Positions 24,711 through 36,929 of a DNA stretch of 64,000 nucleotides are shown piece after piece. The DNA is from Eledone cirrhosa. Its lineage: Eukaryota. Below the pieces are notes generated by a model that had not been told where the DNA came from, ran no database searches, and saw only the letters and a program-made list of their open reading frames with translations. Location of the stretch: NCBI GenBank assembly GCA_964016885.1, contig OZ024744.1, positions 35,650,001 through 35,714,000 on the forward strand, given 5' to 3'. Both the position numbers and the translations under genes were made by a program. Each line of letters opens with the position of its first letter. The first letter of the stretch is position 1.

Positions 24711-25425
24711 AAGATGTACTGAAGGACAATGTAGAGACAAAAATATAGTGTACATAGGTGAGATAGCTCGTAGTGTAGGGGAACGGATAAATGAACACTG
24801 GTGAGACCTTCAAGATAGTAAAGAATCATCTGTACTCTACCAACATGCTAAAATAGAACATAAGCGTAAATTAGAGAACATAGAAATACAAATAGAATCT
24901 ACACACAGAAAAGACGCAATGTTTAGACAAATCACAGAGGCAATAAACATAAAAGAATTACAACCAAAATTAAATAGAAAACATGAGTGGAACAACAACA
25001 TCACAACTTACAATTAAGGACAAAATGAAAACACACACGCACATAGAACAAACAACCAACCTGTAACATGTAAATAAACAAATAAATAAACGAATATAAA
25101 CACACATAGACACCCAGATGTGGCGCATGCGCAGACTGAGCACACAACACACACACAGAAACAAAATGGCGTAGGACAGAACAAAGGAGAGGCACAAAAA
25201 CAAAGAAAAGAAGAAAAGAAAAGAATCTCCAGTCACTGAAGAGGTCACAGAATGTGTGACGAAAGAACTTTTACAATATATAAACAACCATCTGGTTGTG
25301 GAACCAACCAACCAACCGGAAATTTATAAATTCCTAAATTTATAAATTTATTATAATAAATTGAAGTGAAAGCAACTGGTGCGTGTGTTTCTTATTGGCA
25401 ACATGACCCTCCCAAAGTATAACAA
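24709..25425 (+). mobile_element. Second Penelope-like element 3' fragment (GIY-YIG endonuclease pseudogene plus terminal region)
   Basis: IRCTEGQC...IVYIGEIARSVGERINEHW*...SVLYQH...DAMFRQITEAINI...PKLNRKHEW, with one in-frame stop, followed by a hammerhead-like motif. Confidence 0.85.
25232..25274 (+). ncRNA. Degenerate hammerhead ribozyme motif
   Basis: gtca-CUGAAGA-g-GUCACA-gaaug-UGUGAC-GAAA-gaacuu-uuac: intact boxes and a 6-bp stem II; stems I and III are imperfect. Confidence 0.55.
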
Positions 25426-25439
25426 TATATATATATATA

Positions 25440-25631
25440 TTTAGTAATAATAATAAATTTGAAGACTAAAATCCAAAGCGGGCTCGATAAGGATAAATAT
25501 ATATCAAATATATAAGAACCGTAGAGCAAATATTTATTAAAATAACAGATTAAAGTTTAAGCAAAGAATCGTTGCTTTAACGGGATCTTCTGAAACTCAG
25601 GGTTTCAGAAGATCCCGTTAAGGGTGAAAGC
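25440..25631. mobile_element. Short repeat family (also at about 41440-41605 and 54505-54560) with a terminal inverted duplication
   Basis: Shared acagattaaagtttaagcaaa(g/c)aat...gctttcaccc sequence; perfect 20-bp hairpin at 25577-25621. Confidence 0.6.
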
Positions 25632-25813
25632 ATATATATATATATGAAAGCGTATATATATATTGTATATTGTATATTGTATATATATATATTTATATAT
25701 ATATATATATAAAAAAATGAAAACAAATCAGCGAAAGATGTTTAATTATTTTATTCATCAAATTAAATATATTGTACTATAATATGTATAAATATATATA
25801 TATTATATAGTTT

Positions 25814-25906
<93 letters not shown>

Positions 25907-25975
25907 ATAACTATATTGTATTGTAATATGTATAAATATATATATTATATAATTTTATACGTATTATATATATAT

Positions 25976-26163
25976 AATTGTTTCTACTTTAGGCACAAGG
26001 CCAGAAATTACCCAGTCCATCACTGGTACTTTATTTTATCGACCCCGTAAGGATGAAAGGCAAAGTTAACCTCGGCGAGATTTGAACTCAGATCGTAAAG
26101 GGACGTAACTATGCTGGAAAGCATGAAGTCCGACTCTCCACCAATACTGCCAATCCACCGCCC
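25976..26163 (-). mobile_element. SINE family A, young copy
   Basis: Near-identical to 43628-43812; flanked by (TA)n. Confidence 0.88.
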
Positions 26164-26254
26164 TTGTATATATATATATGTTGTACTATAATATGTATAA
26201 ATATATATATTATATTGGTTTATACACACACATATATATGTATATATATATATG

Positions 26255-27094
26255 AAACGAAGCTTGCATGCTCCGCTGGATGTGTAATAGTAATATACGT
26301 GAACGGCAAAGCATAAACGAACTAAGGGAGAAATTAGGAATAAGAGGGATCATATGTTGTTTACTCAAGAGAAGACTACGTTGGTACGGTCACGTGATGC
26401 GCATGAAAGACGACAGCTGTATAAAAACGTGCAGGGCGATAAAAATAGACAGTAGCCACGGAGTAGGCAGACCCAGAAAAACCTGGGACGACTTGATAAA
26501 TTCCGACCTTACACACTTACACCTCTCCAAGACAATGTCACTAGACCGAGATCTTTGGCGCTACACAGTTATACAGAAGACCCGCCTTACCTAAGTACAA
26601 AGCGAAACCTACAGTCAGTAGGCACCTCCAACAAAATACACCCCCGTCCCACTACCCCCACCCCATCCACACCACACCCTTAAATGTGAAGTCATGTTGG
26701 TACCACAACATCCAGTTCGAAACAAATGAGGTCGTGTAGATGTCACGACAAAAAAACATACAGTCCACGCTGTAATGTGGCCATGTAGGTAACACGGTAA
26801 AAACCTCCCAGTACACACTGTAAACGTGGTTGGTGTTGGGAAGGGCACCCAGCCGTAGAAAACCCGCCAGACGTGTAGGTGTCACGACAAAAAACACATG
26901 GTCCACGCTGTAATGTGGCCGTGTAGGTAACACGGTAAAAACCTCCCAGTCCACACTGTAAACGTGGTTGGTGTTAGGAAGGGCATCCGGCCGTAGAAAA
27001 CCTGCCAGACAGTCCTGAGCAAGACAACCAATCTTGCCTCAAGTGGGACAATTCCCATCCAGACCCATGCTAGCATGGAAAATGGACGTTAAAC

Positions 27095-27134
<40 letters not shown>
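26255..27134 (+). mobile_element. RTE family B 3' end
   Basis: MLRWMCNSNIRERQSINELREKLGIRG...RRLRWYGHVMRMKDD...GRPRKTW, modular 3' UTR and (GAT)n tail. Confidence 0.9.
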
Positions 27135-27135
<1 letters not shown>

Positions 27136-27315
27136 GTTAGTAACTAACTCATAATATTATAATATTATATTATAACATTAAATCATAAACATTTTTTAAC
27201 ACTACAAGTGAAGTCATTCTTTTCCTCTTTTTCAAATATATCTAACTGTACCAAGGGTCCTACATATTTTCCAATATATATATATATATAGTCTTCAAAT
27301 TTATTATTATTACTA

Positions 27316-27662
27316 TCATCATCATCATTCATCATTTCATTTTACGTCCGCTTTCCCCTGCTTGCAAGGGTGGGACGGGAACTGATTCTGGCTTGATTTC
27401 TACAGCTGGATGCCCTTCCTAACACCAACCTCATTTACAGTGAGTGCCGGGTGCTTTTTTGCCGTGGCCCCTCCACGACCACTTTGCAGTGGAATGATAG
27501 GGAACCCAGTCCCTATCATCTCATTTCTACAGCTGAGTAAACTGGAGCAATGTAAAATAAAGTGTCTTGCTCAAGGAAACAACACATCACCTGGTCTGAG
27601 AATTGAACTCACAACCTTTCGATTGCAAGGCCAATGCTCTAACCACTAAGCCATGTGCCTCC
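27316..27662 (-). mobile_element. SINE family B, full length
   Basis: Reverse complement of 27895-28226. Confidence 0.88.
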
Positions 27663-27681
27663 TTTATTATTAATATATATA

Positions 27682-27868
27682 TATTGTTTCTACTTTTGGC
27701 ACAAGGCCAGCAATAATCCAGTGTATTACTGGTACTTTATTTTATCGACCTCGTAAGGATGAAAGGCAAAGTTAACCTCGGCGAGATTTGAACTCAGAAT
27801 GGCAAGGGCCGTAACTTTATGTGTCACAGTATGGCGTCCGACCCTCTACCGTTACTGCCAATCCACCT
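27682..27868 (-). mobile_element. SINE family A
   Basis: Reverse complement of the family A consensus. Confidence 0.85.
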
Positions 27869-27894
27869 GTACTATAATATGTATAAATATATAT

Positions 27895-28226
27895 GGAGGC
27901 ACATGGCTTAGTGGTTAGAGCATTGGCCTTGCAATCAAAAGGTCGTGAGTTCAATTCTCAGACCGGGTGATGTGTTGTTTCCTTTAACAAGACACTTTAT
28001 TTCACATTGCTCCAGTTTACTCAGCTGTAGAAATGAGATGATAGGGACTGGGGTCCATATCATTCCACTGCAAAGTGGTCATGGAGGTGCCACGGCAAAA
28101 AAGCACCCAGCACTCACTGTAAATGAGGTTGGTGTTAGGAAGGGCATCCAGCTATAGAAATCAAGCCAGAATCAGTTCCCGTCCCACCCTTGCAAGCAGG
28201 GAAAAGCGGACGTAAAATGAAATGAT
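27895..28226 (+). mobile_element. SINE family B, full length
   Basis: ggaggcacatggcttagtgg head, core, and tail cccacccttgcaagcagggaaaagcggacgtaaaatga. Confidence 0.88.
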
Positions 28227-28245
28227 ATATATTATAGTTTTATAC

Positions 28246-28284
<39 letters not shown>

Positions 28285-28306
28285 AATAAATACATATATA
28301 TATATA

Positions 28307-30260
28307 TTCAGGTTTGAGGTTCACCACTGTATAGAGCTGGTCTATTCCGTATGGTCAATCGTAATGCAATAATATAGAGAGTACTCAACGTAAGGCAGTT
28401 CAACCGTCTTTGTTTTTGTAGTTGGTGGTGCTATTACGGAGTTAAATATTATAATAAAATGACAGGAGGCTGGATTTGTGTAAATCCTTGAAAGGTTTAT
28501 TATACTATGATCATGCAATGACCAGGTTCCGTATGAATCCGGTCATATCATCAGGTATTCGAAATATAATACGTGAATGTAATAGATAAAATTCATGGGG
28601 CTGAAAATCGAGGACCCGAGGGCGACCGCTATTCTGTTCCTTCAACTTCAGCCGGTCGCCCTGGAGTGACGTGGCTAAAGTTTATAGTATGCTACTACTG
28701 GTCAGATAAACGAGAACAGAAAGGGATGGGAGCATAAGTTAACGTCAATCTCATGACACAGGGTAAAAGAAAGAAAGAAAGGAAGGAGAGAGAAGAAGGG
28801 GTAAGAAAGAAGAGAAGCCAGGTTTAATGTCAGCTAAAAGAAGAAAGGCTACTGCTACCGGTCAGATATGGGCAAGCAAGAGGGGGAAGGAAGATAAGTC
28901 TGCGGGAGGAAGACAGGAAGAGGGGAGAAGAGAAGGAAGAGAAGAGAGAAGTAGAAAAGTAAGGGTTGATGGCTACAAGAAGGAAGATAGAAAGAAAGAG
29001 GAAGAGAGGTCGATATTAATGTCAGGCCAGGAGTGGCGCGAGAAAATTTTCACAGGGACCTGCATCTTAGCAGAGATGAATATATTGGGAGTCAGTGTGT
29101 TACAGTGTTTAGACTTCTAGGATGAAGTTAAAAAAATTAATAATCAATATTCAATATTAAAGAGGTTAGAGAATTTAAAGTTCAACAGTTTAACATTTTA
29201 TTATATACTAGTTCCGATTTGTTCTGTAATTTAAAGGTACTATGTGGCGGTTAAAACACCGGCCGCGGCCCGGGCCCCATGGCGAATTAAGCTACGCCGA
29301 GTATTTTCATTTACGGAAAGAAGGGGAAATTTATTTTTCCAAGCACTCCAGGTGAGCTCGTTCGCCAGGGAGCTGGTCGCGCCTCCATCTAAAACCCACC
29401 CAACAGTCCGACAGAAAGTTGGAACTTAAAAATTTTGCTTAGAGAAGTAAAAGAGTAATGGTTGATGGCTACTAGAAGGAAGATAGAAAGAGAGAGGAAG
29501 GAAGGTCGATATTAATGTCACACCACAGTCGGGCCAGGAGTGGCGCGAGAAAATTTTCACAGGGACCCGCATCTTAGCAGAGGTGAATATATTGGGGGTC
29601 AGTGTGTTACAATGTTTAGACTTATAGGATGAAGTTAAAAAATTAATAATCAATATTCAATATTAAATAGGTTAGAAAATTTAAAGTTCAACACTTAAAC
29701 ACTTTCAGGTTGATATATCTAATAGTTCCGATTTGTTCTGTAATTTAAAGGTACTATGTGGCGGTTAAAACACCGGCCGTGCCCCGGGCCCCATGGTGAA
29801 TTAAGCCACGCCGAGTATTTTCATTTACCGAAAGAAGGGGAAATTTATTTTTCCAAGCACTCCAGGTGAGCCCGTTCGCCAGGGAGCTGGTCGTGCCGCC
29901 ATTAAAACCCTCCCAACAGTCCGACAGAAAGTTGGAACTTTAAAATTTTGCTTAACTCTATCGGATGAAGTTGAAAGAATTCAGAATAACATTATAAAAC
30001 TAAGGAGTAAGAAGACTGAGAATTGAACAAACAGAAAATTGAAGATTAAACATTCAAATAAGTTCTATGAGGTTTTGGGTTGCGGGGTTTAATTAAATAG
30101 AGTATTTTATGAAGAAACGTTAATTGTATTATGTAGATCTGTAATTTATCCTAGTGGGATGTAGAGTACGGGATATAGTCGTGTAATGTTTAATTTTTGT
30201 TCTCAGGAGGAGACATTCTAGTGTCGTGTGCTAATGGGTACAGGTCCCAATGTGAGGAGT
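28307..30260 (-). mobile_element. Unclassified (TA)n-flanked element, probably non-autonomous Penelope-like, with an internal ~500-bp tandem duplication
   Basis: Both ends in (TA)n. Direct repeat about 28945-29440 / 29441-29952. Degenerate minus-strand hammerhead at 28520-28554. No recognisable ORF. Confidence 0.5.
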
Positions 30261-30451
30261 ATATATATATATAGGTATTGTACTATATGCATTTAAACTG
30301 TTCATTACACTAAACTACATGTATTTCCTTGCCATATCCCATCTGATTTATTTGTACTTATTACACAATACTTTATAAACTCACTCCAGGAGTGTTTGGT
30401 AAACATTTTGTTTCATAGATTTTATAGATTTTTTATTGATTAATATTGTAG

Positions 30452-30508
30452 GAGCAAGACGGTCAAGCTGAACAAAGCTTTGGACAGACTTCCTTGTATA
30501 AGAATTAT
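30452..30508 (+). CDS. Candidate small exon
   Basis: ttgtAG acceptor (30450-30451). Open in two frames (SKTVKLNKALDRLPCIRI or EQDGQAEQSFGQTSLYKNY). The donor is weak and uncertain. Confidence 0.2.
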
Positions 30509-30782
30509 GTGCATGTGTGTGTGTGTGTGAATGTGCATCTGTGTAAATGTGTGTGTGTGTGTGAATGTCTGAATATGCATGTGTGTGTGTGACTGTGTGT
30601 GTGTGTGTGAATGTGTTTGTGTGTGAATGTTCCTGTGTGTGTGTGCGTGTCTGTGCCTGTGTTTATGAATGTGCCTGTGTGTGTCTGTGTGTGAATGTGG
30701 CTCTGTGTGTGTGTGGGGGGGGGTATGTGTATGTGTCTGAATGTGCCTCTGTGTGTGTGTGTGTGCCTCTGTGTGTGTGTGA
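30508..30782. repeat. Imperfect (GT)n microsatellite
   Basis: Directly visible. Confidence 0.9.
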
Positions 30783-31416
30783 CTATTGAAAGCATGATGG
30801 CTCAAATTTGATCTTTTTTAAATTTTTCATTAAGGATTATTAATATTTCCTTATTTTCTTATGTTTGGTTTGGAATAACAGTGCTTCTAAATCCATAAAT
30901 CTACTAACATTTTGAGATCTTCACAGCATCAACTTATGGATTTACAAATGCTGTTGTGCCAAATCAAACATCAACAAAGAACTAATAATGTAACATTGGA
31001 AATCCTTAAAGGAAATAGCAAACTGGAGGTCATTCATGTTTTCTATATAACATCTTTGAAAGAAAAGCTGTTCCTTTTGTAATAATGAAAGGGCTAATTG
31101 TTGTAGTTTTTGTTTAACTCCTATATTGATTCTCACCCAGCAGAACTATAATTAAAAACTTTACAGCTGTAGCCATTTTTATTTTCTGACATAGTATATC
31201 TAGGATGGGTTTCTGCAATTTTGCAATGTAATTCATTACCTTTTCTTTTTAAATAATAATGTGATGTGAGGGAGATTTGGCTGCTATTTAGACCAAGATG
31301 AAAGGATATGTAGAGATTTCTTTATTTGGTTTCTTACATAGACATGAGATTTTAATTTTACAAGATATTGAGAAATAAGGTTGTATGATATTTATGTCTT
31401 TCTGCAAGATATTGAT

Positions 31417-31597
31417 AATTGTTTCTACTTTTGGCACAAGGGCCAGCAATTACCCCAGTGCATTACTAGTGCTTTATTTTAAGTATGAAAGGCAAAGTTA
31501 ACCTTGGTGGGATTTGAACTCAGAACTCAGAACGTAAATGGCCACAACTCTGTGCTGTAAAGCATGGTGTCTGACACTCTACTGATACTGCCAATCC
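31417..31597 (-). mobile_element. SINE family A, diverged
   Basis: ttgtttctacttttggcacaag...gaaaggcaaagttaacc...ctactgatactgccaatcc. Confidence 0.8.
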
Positions 31598-31879
31598 TGT
31601 GAATGAATGGACATAAAAATCTCTCTAGTGCTAGTGCCATTATAAAATGCACCTGGTACACTCTGTGATTTATGTTAGGAAAGACAGCCACCTGTCAAAA
31701 CTATGCCAAAAATGGATTGTATTGACACAGTAACTCCAATTAATTACTGTTAGTCTGTAATAACCTGTCAAACCTATGGAGAAATCAACTCAAAATGATA
31801 ATGAAGGAAAAATCAATTCCAATATTAACTGAAAAGGGAATATAGCCATGCCTCAGTTGGTGGTAGCATCTGTATAACA

Positions 31880-32700
31880 TTTCCATCTTTTGGTCTACTC
31901 AGCTGTAGTTTTCCAAAATAGTATCACTGCAAAGAATTTATAATACTCTCTGATTCTACAGTATTCCTGTAATTCTTTTGATACCAAACTGTATGAAACT
32001 GACCCTTGTTCCACAATACAAAACTGATTGATTTAAAGAGTTTATAACTATCTAAAAACCTGCTATCATAATTGTATGTAAGACTCTTTGTTAAATTACT
32101 TTCCAAACACCAACTTAATAATGAGAAAATTAGTTATATTACTAAATCTCTCTAACATAGTAGATTATTTTCAAAATATTTTGAAAATCATAGACAGTGT
32201 CTTTCATAATAAATATGGTAACAGATGGACTAAATATTTTCAAATGTTTCAGCCCTGTTAGAATTGATGAAAAGGAATATATTGGGATCAGACAAATTAA
32301 GGAATTCTTGTGAACGATGTTTCTTAGAAATAGGAATATTATATGTATTCAACAATGAACACCTGTAATTCATAATCTTCAATAGTTGATATCAGCTGAA
32401 TACTGTTAAAGTTTGTTCCCTTCTAGACCCTCTTTGGAGTCTTGGGATACACAAATTTTGTGTGTCCATCCCATGCCTCTGAGGACAGGTTGTAGGCATA
32501 TCACTAGTTTTTTCAGCATGTAATGGCAACTGCAATATATTTTTCAAGCAGACCTGAACATGTCCGTTGTTAACCTACACGAAGGTTGATGCTGCATTTT
32601 TGGTTTCCTCATCATATTGCAGTTTCAGTTGTCTTATTTGCAACATTCACCAATCTGGTACTTTGTCAAACCTGCAAAGACTAGGTTTTTTTAGAGGCAG
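31880..32700 (-). mobile_element. Possible ancient R4/Dong-like retrotransposon remnant
   Basis: Broken minus-strand peptides (W..QIRQLK...TKN; DTQNLCIPRLQRG..RG) loosely parallel WSSTEIRRLDTK and DTDRIYLPRKEGGRG in the element at 49.7-52.4 kb. Confidence 0.25.
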
Positions 32701-33305
32701 CCTTTACTTGCTTCGTCTGAATATTTAAAAAAATATTTTGATATTGTGTTCTCCAATTCAGAGTTTCTTTGTTTCATTTGACACTGACATGTCTGATATC
32801 ATAATGATAAAAAGAAACTTTCAATCTAAATTGTTCATAATTAAGTTAAGACATATCATAATTTTAACTAAGAACCCTCGGTTAGGTTATGTTCCAAACA
32901 CCAGTTTAATAATAAACTAGGTAGTTACTTTATTTAAATTCTTCACAGAGACTGTACCTTTCATTAGAATTATAGTCATAAAAGGGTTAGTAGGAAAAGG
33001 GTAATGTACAAATAACAAATATGAATGCTCCAGAGTCTTTTAGATGAATTAAAACAAATCCAAAACAAACAAAGAATAAACTATGCAAAAAAAAACACTA
33101 TCAACCAGACATTTGAAATACAACACTTGAAGTGTTCAGTAAATTTTAAAACAAGAGTACATCTCATTTCAGTATTGTGTTAGCAATAACAATTACAAAC
33201 TGTAATATAAGTTAAAAAATAAAGGCTTCTCCTTCTTAGACAGATTAGTAAATTTGATTGTAATTGAAAGAGTATTTTAAACCAGGCTCACTTGGATGGA
33301 TGTAG

Positions 33306-33347
<42 letters not shown>

Positions 33348-33538
33348 GTACCCATAACCCTTTAGCATGTGAACTGGCCATATCTGGCCAGAATTCTCTC
33401 ACCTATTTCTGTTCAAATTAGTTGTAACCGGCCAATCATATCAAAGGGTATTGCTCTCAAAATAAATAATATCAAAATCTTGAAGATTCGATATTATATG
33501 AAATAATTATGTGAGATGAAGTCTATACCGTGAAAATA

Positions 33539-33870
33539 TCATCATCATCATCATCATCATCATCATTTTACGTCCGCTTTTCCCTGCTTGCAAGGGTAGG
33601 ACGGGAACTGATTCTGGCTTGATTTCTACAGCTGGATACCCTTCCCAACACCAACCTCATTTACAGTGAGTGCTGGGTGCTTTTTTGCCGTGCACCACCG
33701 CGACCACTTTGCAGTGGAATGATAGGGACCCCAGTCCCTATCATCTCATTTCTACAGCTGAGTAAACTGGAGCAATGTGAAATAAAGTGTCTTGTTCAAG
33801 GAAACAACACATCACCCGGTCTGAGAATTGAACTCACAACCTTTCGATTGCAAGGCCAATGCTCTAACCA
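33539..33870 (-). mobile_element. SINE family B, 5' end slightly truncated
   Basis: Reverse complement of the family B consensus with a (CAT)n tail. Confidence 0.87.
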
Positions 33871-34899
33871 AAATATAATAGTACATATAGAGTAATCATA
33901 ATTTTCATCATCATCACCATTTTCCATCCATTTTCCACACTAGCATTGGTTAGACGAGTTGTCCGGTTGTGGGCAATGCTAGGTCAAGTGACCATGTCAT
34001 GATGATTTAGCATTATACAAAGCTGGCCCTTTGAATTACAAGTATAATCTATTTGATGGGCTATCAAATTGTTTCCATTGACTCAGTTTTACTTGCTGGA
34101 CTTGAGTCAAGTTGAAGCTGTGGTAAAAAATATTTTCCAAAGATGCCATACAGAAGGACTGTACCCGGTATCTGATTATAAAATGAGTTAACATTTGGTC
34201 ATCCTGCTGCATCCATGAACATTTTACAGTCTTTTAAATAAGGACAACAGATTTTATTTAACATGTCTGTCATGAAAGATACAATGCTAAAAAACAAAAA
34301 CAAAAAAAAACAACAACAACAAATATGATTTAAGTATTTCATTAGCTAACAATATCAACAACATTTAAAAAAAAGTATTTTGAAAGTTGGAAAAATGGCC
34401 TTGCAGTCCTTCCAACATTTACTTTCACTCTTTCTCAACACATGACCCAACCATCTCGTGCCATTTCTCTTCACAACAGTCAACACTGGCAATTCATTCT
34501 TTGCCTTCTCTCTCAGTAATACTCTACTCATTCACCAGACCATTCTCAATTTCTTTTTCTCCAGCCTTCTTTGTTGCATCTGGTTTACCACCCATCTTTT
34601 GCACTTTTCACACATGGAGTATACACCTTTCCCTTCAGTTTTAGAATAGTTGCAAGTCCTAAGAAAGAACAAAAAGAGTTGGCACCAGAAAGGGCATCAT
34701 GCTTGAAAAAAAAACAAAACCTTATGACAAGTATAATTTCATTGGCTAACTGAATTCTTATATTAAAGTTTAATAAAATTTGAAATCGGACTGGAGGTCC
34801 ATTTTTAGAATGAATGAATTGTAGAAATGGACCTGAGAAACATGATTTTTGTTTTTTATGGGTATATCTCTGAGTATCACTGCAGAGATGACAAGTAAT

Positions 34900-35210
34900 G
34901 AACTGCAGAAGGTGATAGGAATAAAGTAAGTGGTAAATGGTGTAGGGAGAAATGGAATGAGATGGTTGGATCATGTGATAAGGAAGGATGAAAGTGAGTA
35001 ACTGAGAGGAGTGAGGGAAATGAATGTGGAAGGAAAGAGGAAGGGGAAGGTCAAGAAAGACATGGTTAAAGATGGTGGAGGAGGAAATAAAAGTCACGAG
35101 TTTGGTGATGTGGGGATGTAAATGGGAGGGCAAAAGGGAGAAGCTTGTCATGGGGCTTGCAAGGTTAATCTCTGCTTTAGCAGGAAAATGGCCTCAAAAT
35201 GCTTATTGTT
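34900..35210 (+). mobile_element. Old RTE-type LINE 3' end
   Basis: MRWLDHVIRK...GRGRSRKTWLKMVEEE remnant. Confidence 0.55.
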
Positions 35211-35604
35211 GTTGTTTGTTGTTAGTATGTCTCTTCTCCTTGCACCCACAGGCTGTTAGCTATATAACAAAGCTTAATTTTTATTGTTGATTGAATTACC
35301 TACTAAATATATTGCTTTTATTAAATGTCAAGTTAATGTTTAAGATTGCAGAAGATATCTAGCAGAGTCTTTGCACAAATGTAAACAATAATTAATTTTT
35401 CCAAAGACCGTTGACTTAAGGATTAAGGATTATATATTGTTGGTATCAAAATGTTAACCCTTTGGGATTATTTTTGGTAAACAAATAATTTTAGTACACA
35501 AATATTTTTATCTTAAATTAACTGTTGGTCTTTCACATTACATATAATAGTGAATCTATAATTTTGATCTGAACTTTACTTAAATCATTATAATTATCTT
35601 CTTA

Positions 35605-35890
35605 TTCTTTACCCACTTATTCCTGAGAGGGTTGTGGGGCAGAGTCCTCCAACTGATACGGCTGGATCCCCAAGCATGATCAGCCAAGCTCATCAATGTT
35701 ATCCAACCATCTTGCTCGGGGTCTACCCTTGGGTCTCCTGCTGGTTGGTTTCGCCCGTAATATCAGTCCTGCGATTCTCTCCTGAAACATTCTAAACACA
35801 TGCCCATAGTATTGGAGCTGTGATTTCTCAATTCAGAGATTCTTTCCTGAGACATTCTAAACACATGCTCATAGTATCGGAGTTGTGATC
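35605..35890 (-). mobile_element. RTE-like LINE 3' fragment with a small duplication
   Basis: Minus strand LQYYGHVFRM..ERIAGLIL.AKPTSRRPKGRPRARWLD. Confidence 0.55.
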
Positions 35891-36145
35891 ATAATTATTA
35901 TGTTATAAAATATCACCAATAAACTCATAAATTTCTGCTAAGTGTAGTCTTACCCTTCATCACATCAAATGATGCTACATTTAATTACATTGAATTACAA
36001 ACTAAAAAAGCAAACAAACAAATTCTTAAATCTAATATACAAATATAAGATCAGAAGTTTCATTTCTGTCATTGTTTGAAAATTGGTAAAATGTGAAAAT
36101 CAATTTGTGATGTTTCAGCTTGAAATAAATGTTCATAAATTAAAC

Positions 36146-36551
36146 TATCATCATTACCACCATCACCATCATCATCATCACCATCATCACCACAACCACC
36201 ACCAGCACCATCATCATCACCATCATCATCACCACCATCATCATCATCACCATCACCATCATCATCATCACCATCATCACCATCATCACCACAACCACCA
36301 CCATCACCATCACCAGCACCATCATCATCACCATCATCATCACCACCATCATCATCATCACCACCACATCATCACCATCACCATATCATCACCATCACCG
36401 CCACCACCATCATCACTATCATCATCATCACTATCACCATCATCATCACCATCATCATCACCACCACATCATCACCATCACCACCATCACCATCATCACT
36501 ATCATCATCATCACCATCATCAACACCATCAGTCATCATCATCATCATCAG

Positions 36552-36590
<39 letters not shown>

Positions 36591-36640
36591 TACCATCATC
36601 ATTATTATCATCATCATTGCCATCACCATCATCATCATTT
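36146..36640. repeat. (CAT/CAC)n microsatellite, about 500 bp
   Basis: Directly visible; source of the poly-His, poly-Met and poly-Asp ORFs. Confidence 0.95.
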
Positions 36641-36852
36641 TCACACACACATAACAAAGTAGAAAGAATACTTTGAATGAGACTAGAACTTGGTTGTTCG
36701 CCCAAATAACAACAAAGACTATTAATTTCATCCAGACACTTATCTGTCAGTAGCCAGATGTTATATTTTAAAAATAGAATATATTTATATATCATCATTT
36801 TACTTCCTCTGTCCACATGGGCATGGATTGGACTTTGGTGTGTGTGTATGTG

Positions 36853-36911
<59 letters not shown>

Positions 36912-36929
36912 ATGTGTGTGGCTTGAAAA

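Noticed and set aside
31924-32106. RFLDSYKLF resembling a Polinton protein-primed DNA polymerase motif
   Set aside because: No other PolB motifs nearby; flanking remnants fit a decayed R4-like element slightly better.
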